Assembly (NCBI GenBank): GCA_038231435.1
Contig: JBBRLJ010000014.1
Span: 32,001-96,000 of the forward strand
Direction: 5' to 3'
DNA length: 64,000 nt
Source: Planctomycetota bacterium
Lineage (GTDB): Bacteria; Planctomycetota; UBA11346
Shown: piece by piece, positions 9,599-19,580 of the stretch
How positions within the stretch are numbered: the stretch's first letter is position 1
Layout of the letters: each line of letters opens with the position of its first letter
Program-made: the position numbers and the translations under genes
The notes under the pieces: model-generated
The model's database searches: none
The model's input: only the letters and a program-made list of their open reading frames with translations
Told to the model about the DNA's origin: nothing

Positions 9599-10744
9599 AT
9601 GGCCACCAGGGCGAATGGCGAGAATCTGCGCTGGTACCGATCACCGGTGAGCAAGGCCGACATGGCTCTGCTCAACCAGCGCAGCGATCTCAAGGGATGG
9701 CTGTGGACGCTCGGATATCTCGGGCTGCTGGCCACGACCGGCACGGCGGCGTACCTTGCGGTCGGGCGGCTGCACTGGGCGGCGGTGCTCGGCCTGTTGT
9801 ACGTCCATGGCACCTGCTGGAGCTTCCTGATCAACGGCTTCCACGAACTGATCCACGATTCGGTGTTCAAGACCAGGAAGCTGAACGAGTGGTTCCTCTG
9901 GATCTTCGGCTTCCTCGGCATGCACAGCCATGTGTGGTTCTGGGCGAGCCACACCGAACACCACAAGTTCACGCTGCATCCGCCCGACGACCAGGAAGTT
10001 GTCTTGCCAGCGCAGCTGAAGCTCAAGGACTTCCTCTTCAGCGCCGTGGTGAATCCGCTCGGCCTGAAGTGGAACCTCAAGACCAATCTGCGCCACGCCC
10101 GCGGCCGCCTCGAGGGTGATTGGGAACACCGGCTGTTCGCCACGGATGCCGAGAACCTTCGCCGGCTGGTGCGCTGGGCGAGATTCCTGCTCATCGGGCA
10201 CGGGGCGATCATCATTGGCTCGCTGTGCGTCGACCGCTGGGTACTGCCGGGCCACCACCTGTGGATGGTTCCGATCCTCACCACCTGCGCCAGCTTCTAC
10301 GGCAATGCGCTGCACTGGCTCTGCAACAATACCCAGCACGTCGGATTGCGCGCCAACGTGCCGGACTTCCGGCTCTGCTGCCGGACCATCCGACTCAATC
10401 CGCTGATCCGATTCCTGTACTGGAACATGAACTACCACACCGAACACCACATGTTCGCCGCGGTACCCTGCTACAATCTGGGCAAGCTCCACCGCCTGAT
10501 CAGTGCTGACCTGCCCCCCTGCCCCAATGGCCTGTACCAGTCCTGGATGGAGATCGCGCGGATCATGAGGCGTCAGCGCGCCGAGCCGGGCTACGTCTTC
10601 ACCGCCCCGGTCCCGACCAATCCCCCTGTCGAGACCCTGGCCACCGCCTCCTCCGCAACGAATCCCAGCAGCGATCCCGCATCGCCACGGTCAAACGATA
10701 CCCGCCCGACGCTCGAACCGGAGAAGCACATTGTCGCTTCCTGA
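9599..10744 (+). CDS. Membrane di-iron fatty acid desaturase-family protein
   Basis: Three His boxes: HELIH, HTEHH and NYHTEHH. Confidence 0.88.
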   Translation: MATRANGENLRWYRSPVSKADMALLNQRSDLKGWLWTLGYLGLLATTGTAAYLAVGRLHWAAVLGLLYVHGTCWSFLINGFHELIHDSVFKTRKLNEWFLWIFGFLGMHSHVWFWASHTEHHKFTLHPPDDQEVVLPAQLKLKDFLFSAVVNPLGLKWNLKTNLRHARGRLEGDWEHRLFATDAENLRRLVRWARFLLIGHGAIIIGSLCVDRWVLPGHHLWMVPILTTCASFYGNALHWLCNNTQHVGLRANVPDFRLCCRTIRLNPLIRFLYWNMNYHTEHHMFAAVPCYNLGKLHRLISADLPPCPNGLYQSWMEIARIMRRQRAEPGYVFTAPVPTNPPVETLATASSATNPSSDPASPRSNDTRPTLEPEKHIVAS

Positions 10745-10887
10745 CCGCCGTTAGCGCGACCGACATCACATCCTCGTACCTGCCTAGGCTCTCTACTTTC
10801 TGCCTCATGCTTCTGGCTCTTCCATATCCACCTTCCCCTCCTTCCCTTCCCCCCTCCCCCGTGGACGCTCGCGCTCACGGAGACGTC

Positions 10888-11289
10888 ATGAAGGCCACCG
10901 AGCTCATCCAGGAATATTACCGGCGGTTCAACGCCGGCGACCGCACGGCTTTCCTCGAACTGCTCGCCGACGACGTGGCCCATGACATCAACCAGAGCCA
11001 TCGCGAAGTCGGCAAGGACGCCTTCCGGGTGTTCATGGAGCGTATGGATCGCAGCTACCGCGAGCGCATCGCCGACATCGTGGTCATGGTCGACCCCAGC
11101 GGCATTCGCGCCGCGGTCGAATACGTGGTGCATGGCACGTACCTTGCCACCGACCAGGGCCTGCCGCCCGCGCGCGGACAGACCTACACGCTACCCGGCG
11201 GCGCCTTCTTCGAGATCCGATCCGGCAAGGTCCTCCGGGTCACGAATTACTACAATCTCGAGGACTGGCTGCGCCAAGTGCGGGCGTGA
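10888..11289 (+). CDS. SnoaL/NTF2-like ketosteroid isomerase-related protein
   Basis: YYRRFNAGD...LLADDVAHDINQ...RVTNYYNL pattern; GGAG RBS before ATG 10888. Confidence 0.85.
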   Translation: MKATELIQEYYRRFNAGDRTAFLELLADDVAHDINQSHREVGKDAFRVFMERMDRSYRERIADIVVMVDPSGIRAAVEYVVHGTYLATDQGLPPARGQTYTLPGGAFFEIRSGKVLRVTNYYNLEDWLRQVRA

Positions 11290-11332
11290 AACATCGGTGA
11301 CCCGTCTGCCGTCGCGCGCGCTCCACGACCCG

Positions 11333-12172
11333 TCACCGGATGCGATAGGCTCCCGGCGCGCGCGCATCTGCGAGCGGCCTGACCGTGCCCTGCTCGCGTG
11401 TTCGCCGCAAGAGCTCCAGATCGAGTTCGGCCAGCACGGTCACCGGCTGATCCCAGCCACCTTCAGCGGCGAGGCCATCGCGTGCGAAGCCGGCATCGCT
11501 CGGTGTCAGCACGCCGGCCGATCCGCAGGCCTGCTCGAAGTCGGGCACCGACGGCATGGCGCCGACCAAGGGGGCATGGACGACGTAGACGGTGTTCTCG
11601 ATGCAGCGCGCGTGCGCACACCAGCGCACGCGCTGGAACCCCGCGCGGTCGTCCGTCCAAGACGGCACCGCCAGCACCTCGGCCCCGGCGCGTGCCGACG
11701 CGCGCGCGAGCTCCGGGAACTCGATGTCGTAGCACACCAGGATAGCGAGACGTGCACCAGCCACCTCCACGATGCGCAGGGCGTCGGTCTCGGGCAGCCC
11801 CCAGTGGCGCTCCCAGGGCGTCGGATGCAGTTTGTCCTGGGTGATCTCGCTGCCATCTGGCTGGACGAGCAGCGCGCGGTTGAACGAGATCTCTCCCTCG
11901 CGCACGATGTGGGTCCCGCCGAGCACGGCGATGCGATGCTCGCGCGCGCTGGCGATGATCGTCGCGCGCCACAGCGGCGTCCATCGCGACCAGTCGCGGT
12001 CGAGCGCCAACAGTGGAGACGTCAGGTACTCGGGTAGGACGATCAGCGCGGCGCCACCATCCGCCGTAACGCGTACGCGCGCGCGTACGTCCTCAGCCCA
12101 GGCCTCGGGACTGGCGGCCGGAGCCAACGGAAATGCCGAAGCGGCCACGGTCAGGGTCAGCGTCATCGCCAC
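11333..12172 (-). CDS. Carbon-nitrogen hydrolase (nitrilase superfamily)
   Basis: Glu-Lys-Cys triad motifs LPEY, QDKLH and VCYDIEFPE. Confidence 0.9.
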   Translation of the reverse strand: MAMTLTLTVAASAFPLAPAASPEAWAEDVRARVRVTADGGAALIVLPEYLTSPLLALDRDWSRWTPLWRATIIASAREHRIAVLGGTHIVREGEISFNRALLVQPDGSEITQDKLHPTPWERHWGLPETDALRIVEVAGARLAILVCYDIEFPELARASARAGAEVLAVPSWTDDRAGFQRVRWCAHARCIENTVYVVHAPLVGAMPSVPDFEQACGSAGVLTPSDAGFARDGLAAEGGWDQPVTVLAELDLELLRRTREQGTVRPLADARAPGAYRIR

Positions 12173-12176
12173 ATGG

Positions 12177-12812
12177 TCAGCGAAAATCTGGATTGCGCCA
12201 CTCCATCAGCAATGCGCAGCCCGCGGATTCGACGTCGTCGAGGTAGGCGCGCACCACCCTGATCGGCTCGAGGCCGGCGCTCAGCTGGGGCGTGATCACC
12301 GGATCGAGCACCCGGCCGGCGAGGACCTCGCGCGCATAGTCCTCTGGAGTGGTACCCGGGTGCGCATCCCGGTAGGCCGCGTAGCCGGCGAGCCTGCTGC
12401 CGGCGAGGAAGCGGCGCAGACGCAGGCGTCTGACCAGCGCGTAACGTGCCTGGTACAAGGCTCTGGCGATACCCTGGCCGCGCCACGCCGGGCGCACCGC
12501 GACATCGACTCCGTAGAGCGTGTCGCCTGCGGGATCGTGGTTGCGCAGATAGCCGCCGTCGGAGGCCTGGGCCCAGGTATGATCGCCGTCGTCCGGGCTC
12601 CAGCGCTGCACGTGCGCGGTGGCGGATGCGACCAGGGTGCCATCTCCGCTCTCGGCACAGAGCGCTCCCTCGGGAAATACCCGCGCATGGGTCGCGATCT
12701 GCTCGGCGTTCCACCACAGCTCCTGGGGAAACGGCGGCGGGAAGCATTCGCGCTGGATGGCGATCAGCGCAGCGAGATCGGCGGGGCCGTAGGAACGGAT
12801 GCGCGGCGGCAT
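12177..12812 (-). CDS. GNAT N-acetyltransferase (YkwB-like)
   Basis: IQRECFPPPFP, HDPAGDTLYGVDVAVRPAWRGQGIAR, LMEWRNP. Start trimmed to ATG 12812. Confidence 0.88.
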   Translation of the reverse strand: MPPRIRSYGPADLAALIAIQRECFPPPFPQELWWNAEQIATHARVFPEGALCAESGDGTLVASATAHVQRWSPDDGDHTWAQASDGGYLRNHDPAGDTLYGVDVAVRPAWRGQGIARALYQARYALVRRLRLRRFLAGSRLAGYAAYRDAHPGTTPEDYAREVLAGRVLDPVITPQLSAGLEPIRVVRAYLDDVESAGCALLMEWRNPDFR

Positions 12813-12977
12813 GCGCGGCACGGTACCGGGCGCAGGCGGGGCGCACGCGAATCCGCCCACGTCCGTATGGCATGACGACGCCTGAGGCGCCGAAACGGAT
12901 GACTGGTGATTCGTTTGGTCCATGATGACGCCAGTCACTGCGCAGAGACGGACGAAACCGATACGAAGGAACAACCC

Positions 12978-13346
12978 ATGAGCATCCGACTGGAACGGCT
13001 CATTCCGGTGCTGATGGTGCGCGATGTCCAGGCCTCCATCCGCTTCTACGCCGACTGCCTGGGATTCACGCTGACATTCACGGATGCGTCGACCGTGCCT
13101 CGCTATGTCGGCATGGAGCGCGACGGCATCCTCATCCACATGCAGTGGCATGACGCCCGCGAATGGGATTTCCCGAACGATCGGCCGACCTACCGCATCG
13201 TGGTCCAGGACGTCGATGGGCTGCACCGCGACCTCGCCGGCCGGATTGCGCGCTGCACCGCGGTGTGGGATACGGATTGGGGGACGCGCGAATTCCACGT
13301 CCAGGATCCGGACATGAACGGCCTGCAGTTCTACCGCATGCGCTGA
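12978..13346 (+). CDS. VOC/glyoxalase/bleomycin-resistance family protein
   Basis: PVLMVRDVQASIRFY...LGF and WGTREFHVQDPDMNGLQF; AAGGA RBS. Confidence 0.88.
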   Translation: MSIRLERLIPVLMVRDVQASIRFYADCLGFTLTFTDASTVPRYVGMERDGILIHMQWHDAREWDFPNDRPTYRIVVQDVDGLHRDLAGRIARCTAVWDTDWGTREFHVQDPDMNGLQFYRMR

Positions 13347-13362
13347 GCTGCCGTCCTCGGCG

Positions 13363-16206
13363 CTAGGAGCGCCGACGCAGCCACAGGGCGGATCCGAGCA
13401 TCGACAGACCCATGATCAGCACGGCCAGTCCCGAACCCGTTCCACAGCCCTTGCCGCCCAGGAACTGCGGCACGAGGTTCTGCGCGAAGCCGGCGCCATG
13501 GCTCTTCAGATAGGTGCGATCATCACCAGGCGCCGGACCACCGATGCGCCACAGCGCATCGCCACGAGCATCACTAGCCGCGACCACGTACAGGGAGTTT
13601 TGATGGATCGCGTACCCTGAAGGGGCGGAGGAGCCGGGTCCGGAATAGATGTCGACCGCGAGCTGGGTGCCGGCGGCGGTCCCGTCGGTCTTCCATATCT
13701 CGGTGCCGGTCTCCTGCGTGGTCGCATTGAAATAGAGGATCCCGTCCACGACCCCGAGCGGGAAGATATTGGCTGGACCGGGGCCGGGATAGATCTCGGT
13801 GAGCATGGAGGTGCCAGCGGCGGTGCCGTCGCTGAGCCACAATTCCTCCCCGTGGATTGCATCGGTCGCGAGGAACGCCACGCCGGGTCCGAAGGGGACG
13901 ATCCTCTGGATGTTGGGCGAGCCCGAGCCTGGGATGATATCCTTCACCATCGATGTTCCGGCCAAGGTCCCGTCGCTCGTCCAGAGCTCGGCGCCACGCG
14001 TGCCGTCATCCGCCGTGAAATACAGCCTGGAGCCTACCGCGGTGAGATGCTGTGGATTGGAGGACAGCACGAACGGCGCGATATCCTCGACCAGGACCGT
14101 TCCGACATCGGTGCCATCGCTCTTGTAGAGTTCGCTGCCGATCGAACCGTCGTCGACGGACAGGAAGAGCGTGTTCCCGACCACGGCGGTCTCGCCGATC
14201 ACGCTGGAGGCGCCCCCACCGGTGAATTGGTGCACCATGACGGTGCCGGCCGAAGTCCCGTCGCTCATCCACAGCTCGGTCCCGTTCACGCCGTCATCCG
14301 CCGTGAAATAGAGCTTTCCGGCGAAAGCCGTGAGCAGGCTGGGATTCGAGGAAGCTGCGCCGGAATTGATATCCTTCACCAGCGAGGTGCCGGTCGCGTC
14401 GTGGCGGTACAATTCGATGCCGCTCCCAGGCACGAAGGCGGTGAAGAACAGCGTCGAACCGACCACGGTCAGGTTGTCGGGGAATGACGAAGGCGTGCCG
14501 GGGCGCAGGTCCACCACCAACGCCGCGCTGTTGCCGTCGGTCGACCACAGCTCGCGGCCATGGATCGGATCCGCGGCGACGAAGCAGACCTCTGATCCGA
14601 CCTGGCTGAATTGCGTCGGATTGCTGCCGGAAACGCCAGGAGACACGTCGGCGATCATGCGCGAGGTACGCGGCGATCCCCCGCTGATCCACGGCTCTGG
14701 ACCGTGCACGCCATCGTCGGCGGAATACAGCAGGCCGAGGCTGGTCGAGGCGAGGTTGCTGATCATCGAGCTGCGGGGAACGGGATCGATGTCGACCAGC
14801 CGCATGGTGCCTGCCGTGGTTCCATCGGTGATCCAGGGCTCGCTCCCGTGCGTGTCGTAGCCGCGGAAGACTACCGTCTGCGACGTGAGCTGCGTGAATT
14901 TCGAGGTCGAGCTGTCGACGCCATCGCCACTGCCAGGCACGAGATCGGTGATGCGCGCGGTGGAGGTGATACTGGTGGCTCCGTAGAGCTCGCGTCCGTG
15001 AATGCCGTCGTCGGCCGAGAAGATCAGCGGATTGGTTCCACCCATCCACACCGGGAATGAGGATCCGGAGAGATTGATGTCCGCAAGCAATGCGATGGTG
15101 GGGCCGGCGCCGACGAACGGCTCGATTCCGTGTACGCCATCATCAGCGGCGAAGCCGATGGCTCCACCTCCCGCAAGACTGGTGAATCCCGACGGATTCG
15201 ACGAGGCTACACCGGTCCGGAGATCGCTGTACAAGAGCGTGCCCGCGCTGGTCAGGTTGCTCACCCACAGCTCGCGGCCCGCGACACTGTCATCGGCGGA
15301 GAACACCAGCGAGCTGCCGAAGGAGAGCAGGCTCATGGGCGTGGCATCCGCTGGTCCTGGGTTGATATCCTTGACCAGGACCGTCCCGCCCGAGGTGCCG
15401 TCGCTGGTCCACAGCTCGCGCCCCGTCCCGGTGCCGGTGGCGACGAACGCCAAGACGCCACTCTGGGAAGTCAGATCGCTCGGATCGCTCGAGCCGATGC
15501 CGGCCACGATGTCCTTCACCATGACGGTGCCCGCCAGGGTGCCGTCGCTCTTCCACAGCTCGAAGCCCTCGCTGGGAGTGAAGGCGCGGAAGAACAGGGT
15601 GCTTCCAACGATGCACGGCCATTGGATCTGGCTATCCGACGACCCCGGATCGATGTCCTTGACCATCACGGTGCCGGCGGCGGTGCCGTCGCTCTTCCAC
15701 AGTTCGAACCCAGCCGCCGAGGTCTCGGCGACCAGGAACATGATCGAACCGGTGCCGCCGACCACGATTGGGCTCTGCTTGTCCATGTCCGAGAAGTATG
15801 GAAATGTCTTCACCAGGGCGGTGCCCGCCGCGGTGCCATCGCTGCGGTACAGGCCGGACACCCCGCTCACCGAGGCCGCGAAATACAACGTGCCGCCCAG
15901 CTGATGCAGGTAGCGCGGGAACGAACCGATGCTTCCGGGCTCGAGATCGACGACCATCGTCGTGCCGGCCGGGGTCCCGTCGGTGCGCCACAGCTCGGTC
16001 CCATGCGCGGGGTCCTCGGCGGTGAAGTAGGCGACCCCGCTGCCGGCATAGGTGAATTGATCGGGCGACGAGCCCTCGCTGGTATCGGCGAGATCGTTCG
16101 GATCTGAGACCAGGTATGCGGTCTCCGCCTGCAGGACGGAGCTGGTCGCGATGACGGCCAAGATCGCCAGCACGCCACGCAATCCGCCAAAACGATTCGC
16201 ATCCAT
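13363..16206 (-). CDS. Secreted ELWxxDGT-repeat protein with C-terminal CGxG-TM-poly-Arg tail
   Basis: Signal peptide, more than a dozen ELW/EPW-x-[ST]DGT repeats, ending GKGCGTGSGLAVLIMGLSMLGSALWLRRRS. GGAGG RBS before ATG 16206. Confidence 0.9.
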   Translation of the reverse strand: MDANRFGGLRGVLAILAVIATSSVLQAETAYLVSDPNDLADTSEGSSPDQFTYAGSGVAYFTAEDPAHGTELWRTDGTPAGTTMVVDLEPGSIGSFPRYLHQLGGTLYFAASVSGVSGLYRSDGTAAGTALVKTFPYFSDMDKQSPIVVGGTGSIMFLVAETSAAGFELWKSDGTAAGTVMVKDIDPGSSDSQIQWPCIVGSTLFFRAFTPSEGFELWKSDGTLAGTVMVKDIVAGIGSSDPSDLTSQSGVLAFVATGTGTGRELWTSDGTSGGTVLVKDINPGPADATPMSLLSFGSSLVFSADDSVAGRELWVSNLTSAGTLLYSDLRTGVASSNPSGFTSLAGGGAIGFAADDGVHGIEPFVGAGPTIALLADINLSGSSFPVWMGGTNPLIFSADDGIHGRELYGATSITSTARITDLVPGSGDGVDSSTSKFTQLTSQTVVFRGYDTHGSEPWITDGTTAGTMRLVDIDPVPRSSMISNLASTSLGLLYSADDGVHGPEPWISGGSPRTSRMIADVSPGVSGSNPTQFSQVGSEVCFVAADPIHGRELWSTDGNSAALVVDLRPGTPSSFPDNLTVVGSTLFFTAFVPGSGIELYRHDATGTSLVKDINSGAASSNPSLLTAFAGKLYFTADDGVNGTELWMSDGTSAGTVMVHQFTGGGASSVIGETAVVGNTLFLSVDDGSIGSELYKSDGTDVGTVLVEDIAPFVLSSNPQHLTAVGSRLYFTADDGTRGAELWTSDGTLAGTSMVKDIIPGSGSPNIQRIVPFGPGVAFLATDAIHGEELWLSDGTAAGTSMLTEIYPGPGPANIFPLGVVDGILYFNATTQETGTEIWKTDGTAAGTQLAVDIYSGPGSSAPSGYAIHQNSLYVVAASDARGDALWRIGGPAPGDDRTYLKSHGAGFAQNLVPQFLGGKGCGTGSGLAVLIMGLSMLGSALWLRRRS

Positions 16207-16540
16207 GGGAACCTCCGAGCAAGGCACAATTGGTGCATGAGAGCAGGATGCAACGCTTTAGTTCGGCAACCTTTGCAACAATCGTAGCATATTTGCTCCA
16301 CTAGCCGTCGTTCACTCGGCAACTCGGAGCGGGGACCTGGCCAAACAGATCCGCGAGTGTTTTCCGATGCAAGATCCGTGAGTGCTGCTTCGAGACTAAA
16401 TTCGAAACAAAAGAAGTTGAGCTGGAAGGAAGGCGTATCGCACAGATTCATCCTGGTTGACACATGCACCAAGCACGCGATTCGACGTCCGCTCCTGCCT
16501 GCCAATGACGGGTACTGTGGCGACTTGGAGCACCCCTCAG
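16207..16540. promoter_or_regulatory. AT-enriched divergent promoter region
   Basis: Intergenic between two divergent genes, visibly lower GC, with several GCAAC motifs and the short palindrome GCAC-AATTG-GTGC. Confidence 0.45.
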
Positions 16541-18358
16541 ATGCCACGAGCCCACCTCTCCATCAACATCCTGTGCTCCTCCATCCTGCTGGCGTCCGCC
16601 TCGATATGCATGACGGCGATGGCCGCGGTCCCAGCGGACTACGCCGTCGGGGTAACCGTGACCACGGTGAGCGCTCCGCCGTCGATCACCCTGGCCTGGC
16701 CAGCCTTCGCGGGCGCCACCGGGTATTCGCTCTACCGTCGCGAGTACAACGCCACGTCGACGTGGGGATCCTCGATCGCGACCCTCGCGGCCGGAGCGAC
16801 CTCGTTCACCGACGCCTCCGTGGTCGTGGGCCACCGCTACGAGTACCAGGTCAGCCGCGCCGGCACGCCCTACGGCTACGGCTATCAGCTCGCCGGCATC
16901 GACATGCCAGCGGTCGATGATCGCGGCACGGTGGTGCTGGTCGTCGACGACTCCATGTCCGCGCCGCTCGCGAGCGAACTGCAACGACTCCACGACGACC
17001 TGGTCGGAGATGGCTGGACGGTGGTGCGCTTCGACGTGTCGCGGAGCGCCCCGGTCACATCGGTCAAAGCCCTGATACGGCCCGAGTGCCTCGCGGATCC
17101 GCTGCGCACCCAGGTCTTCCTCTTCGGGCACGTGCCCGTCCCGTATTCGGGGTTGATCAATCCCGACGGACATCCCGATCACTACGGCGCCTGGCCAGCC
17201 GACGGTTATTACGCCGATCTCGACGGGGCCTATACCGATACCAGCGCCGACAACACGAGCTCGAACCCGTCGCCCGCCAGACCGGAAAACCGGAACATCC
17301 CTGGCGATGGCAAGTTCGACCAGTCTGCCCTCACCGGCACTTCGTTCGTCGGTCTCGGCCGCGTCGACCTGTCCAACATGCCGTCATTCGGCCTGAGCGA
17401 GACCGAGCTCCTGCGCCGCTACCTGGGCAAGGATCATGCCTTCAGGACCAAGGCAGTGACGGCCCAAGCTCGCGGCCTGATCGACGACAATTTCGGCGAT
17501 TTCGGCGGCGAGGCGTTTGCCCAGAGCGGCTGGCGCAACTTCGGAGAGCTGGTTGGACCTGCGAACGTCGCCTCCCTGGATTGGTTCACCACGCTCCCGA
17601 CCAACGATTACCTGCTCGCCTATGGCTGCGGCGGCGGCTGGTTCCAGGGTGCCGGAGGAGTGGGCCAGACCAGCGATTTCGCGGGCACCTCCTCGAAGGC
17701 TGTGTTCACCATGCTCTTCGGCAGCTACTTCGGCGATTGGGATGTCAGCGACAATTTCCTGCGCGCGCCGCTTGCGGGCGCAGGCATGGGCCTCACCTGC
17801 TTCTGGGCAGGCCGACCCAATTGGATCATGCACCCGATGGGGCTCGGCGAGCCCATCGGCAGTTCGGCGCGACTGCAGATGGTCTCCCCGTACGGATATC
17901 CGCCGAGCGGCTACGGAGCGGGCCAGGTGCATGTGGCGCTCATGGGGGATCCCACCCTCCGCCTGCATGTGGCGCAGCCACCCAGCGTGGTGAGCTCCTC
18001 AGTCGACGGCGCCGTGGTGCATCTCAGCTGGACCACGTCTTCCGATGCCACGCTCGGCTACCTGGTCTTCCGCTCGCCAGCCGCGAACGGACCCTTCGTC
18101 CGCGTCACCGCTACGCCGGTGTCGGGGACCAGCTTCGATGACACACCTGGCACCGGCGCCTGGTACTACCTGATCAAGGCGGTCCATCGCGAAGTCTCGA
18201 CAAGCGGCAGCTACATCGACACCAGCGTCGGTTCCGCGGCCTCTGTCACCGTGGTTCCAGCCGACGGTGGTTCGCAACAGACCAAGTGCGGAGTCGGCTC
18301 GATCGGATTCGTGCTCGCTTATCTGGGGCTGCGCGTCCTGCGTCGCCGCCGCGGCTGA
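16541..18358 (+). CDS. Secreted FN3 + peptidase C25 (gingipain)-like protein with C-terminal CGxG-TM-poly-Arg tail
   Basis: Signal peptide, FN3-like domain, FLFGHVPVPY, ADGYYADLDG, LGRVD, LMGDPTLRL, a second FN3-like domain, and the tail KCGVGSIGFVLAYLGLRVLRRRRG. Confidence 0.75.
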   Translation: MPRAHLSINILCSSILLASASICMTAMAAVPADYAVGVTVTTVSAPPSITLAWPAFAGATGYSLYRREYNATSTWGSSIATLAAGATSFTDASVVVGHRYEYQVSRAGTPYGYGYQLAGIDMPAVDDRGTVVLVVDDSMSAPLASELQRLHDDLVGDGWTVVRFDVSRSAPVTSVKALIRPECLADPLRTQVFLFGHVPVPYSGLINPDGHPDHYGAWPADGYYADLDGAYTDTSADNTSSNPSPARPENRNIPGDGKFDQSALTGTSFVGLGRVDLSNMPSFGLSETELLRRYLGKDHAFRTKAVTAQARGLIDDNFGDFGGEAFAQSGWRNFGELVGPANVASLDWFTTLPTNDYLLAYGCGGGWFQGAGGVGQTSDFAGTSSKAVFTMLFGSYFGDWDVSDNFLRAPLAGAGMGLTCFWAGRPNWIMHPMGLGEPIGSSARLQMVSPYGYPPSGYGAGQVHVALMGDPTLRLHVAQPPSVVSSSVDGAVVHLSWTTSSDATLGYLVFRSPAANGPFVRVTATPVSGTSFDDTPGTGAWYYLIKAVHREVSTSGSYIDTSVGSAASVTVVPADGGSQQTKCGVGSIGFVLAYLGLRVLRRRRG

Positions 18359-18406
18359 GCCTCGATGGAGCGCCGAGGCTGGCGCCGGGGCACTCGACCC
18401 AACTGT

Positions 18407-19333
18407 TCAGCTCGATGCAACCCGCAGGTGGCGCTCGAGGAACGCCATCGCCGCCGAGCGCATCACTGGAAGCTCGAGATGTCCGACGGGGTGCCGATCC
18501 AGGCTCCAGCACTCCGGATGGCCGAGCTCGGCGTAGTAGCGTAGGAGATCGGCGTCGACGATGTCGAGGCCAGCGACCGGCGTGAGGTCGTCATGGATTC
18601 CCGCGAGCGCCAGATGCGGGCGCGGCGCGATCAGACGGTTGATATCGGCCGTGCTGGCGTGCTTCAACAGGCCTGGCACATAATAGTACGGTCCATGGAG
18701 GGACTTGGTCGCGGCGAAAGTGTGGATATCGGTGAGGCAGCAGATGTCGACGCACGCCGCGATGCGCGGGTCGAGAGCGGCCATCCACCACGCCATGGTG
18801 CTGCCCATCGACATGCCGAGCGTGGCTAGGCGTGCGCCGTCGACATCGTCGCGGCCGAGCAGGTAGTCGACCGCGCGCAGGCTGTCGTGGCACATCATTC
18901 CCCACATGACCTGGCCGCGCCAGAGCATGTTCATGGCGATGTGCATCTCGGAGTCGGTGTGCCGTTCGCCGAAACCCCAATGATCTATCGCGAGCGCCGC
19001 CATGCCTCGACGCGTGAACTCGGCAGCGTAGGGAAGCCGCTCCTGGTAGGGAGCCGACGCGATCAGTTCGTGCTTGCCGACATCGTAGAAGCCGCCGTGG
19101 CTGTGGTTGTAGAGCACGGTCGGCCATGGCCCCGAGCCGCCCAACGGGCGCACGAACAGCGCCGGCACCAGCTCGATGCCGTTGAGATCGAGACGCAGGC
19201 GCTCGAGACGATATCCATCCTGGACGCTCGTCGATAGCACCTCGCAACGCGGAATGCCGCGCTCGGTGGGGCGATCGCCGAGCAGCGACCACAAGCGCGC
19301 GCGCTGCTCGACGTGGCTGACGGGTTCGATCAT
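18407..19333 (-). CDS. Alpha/beta hydrolase (dienelactone hydrolase/YtaP-like)
   Basis: HSHGG, nucleophile elbow GMSMG, IAPRPHL...DDL and a C-terminal GH. Confidence 0.88.
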   Translation of the reverse strand: MIEPVSHVEQRARLWSLLGDRPTERGIPRCEVLSTSVQDGYRLERLRLDLNGIELVPALFVRPLGGSGPWPTVLYNHSHGGFYDVGKHELIASAPYQERLPYAAEFTRRGMAALAIDHWGFGERHTDSEMHIAMNMLWRGQVMWGMMCHDSLRAVDYLLGRDDVDGARLATLGMSMGSTMAWWMAALDPRIAACVDICCLTDIHTFAATKSLHGPYYYVPGLLKHASTADINRLIAPRPHLALAGIHDDLTPVAGLDIVDADLLRYYAELGHPECWSLDRHPVGHLELPVMRSAAMAFLERHLRVASS

Positions 19334-19580
19334 CGTGATGACATCGCTCGCGGGCCGTATCCACGCCGCGAATGCACGACTCCGCCGGTTCGCGGCGGGT
19401 CGAGAGTTCCGATCTCGCGCCCACGGATCTGCAGCCCAGTGGCAATCGCCGTCATCGCATGTTCCCCGCCCGATCCGGGCTCGAGTCGACCGTATGGGAC
19501 GGACGTAGACGAACCAGCTCGGATCAGCCGGACGACACCTGGCAGCGGCTCGCGGCCCGGTTACGAATCACCAGGCACCG

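Noticed and set aside
12813..13298. Long N-terminal extension of the GNAT ORF (373 aa)
   Set aside because: Antisense to the VOC gene; the GNAT domain starts at 12812.
13500..16050. Periodic DNA similarity suggesting a repeat array or CRISPR
   Set aside because: Explained by degenerate ELWxxDGT protein repeats; no identical repeats with unique spacers and no cas genes.
16207..16540. Riboswitch or ncRNA in the AT-rich spacer
   Set aside because: I recognised no conserved RNA motif; a divergent promoter is a sufficient explanation. An Rfam scan would be needed to exclude it.
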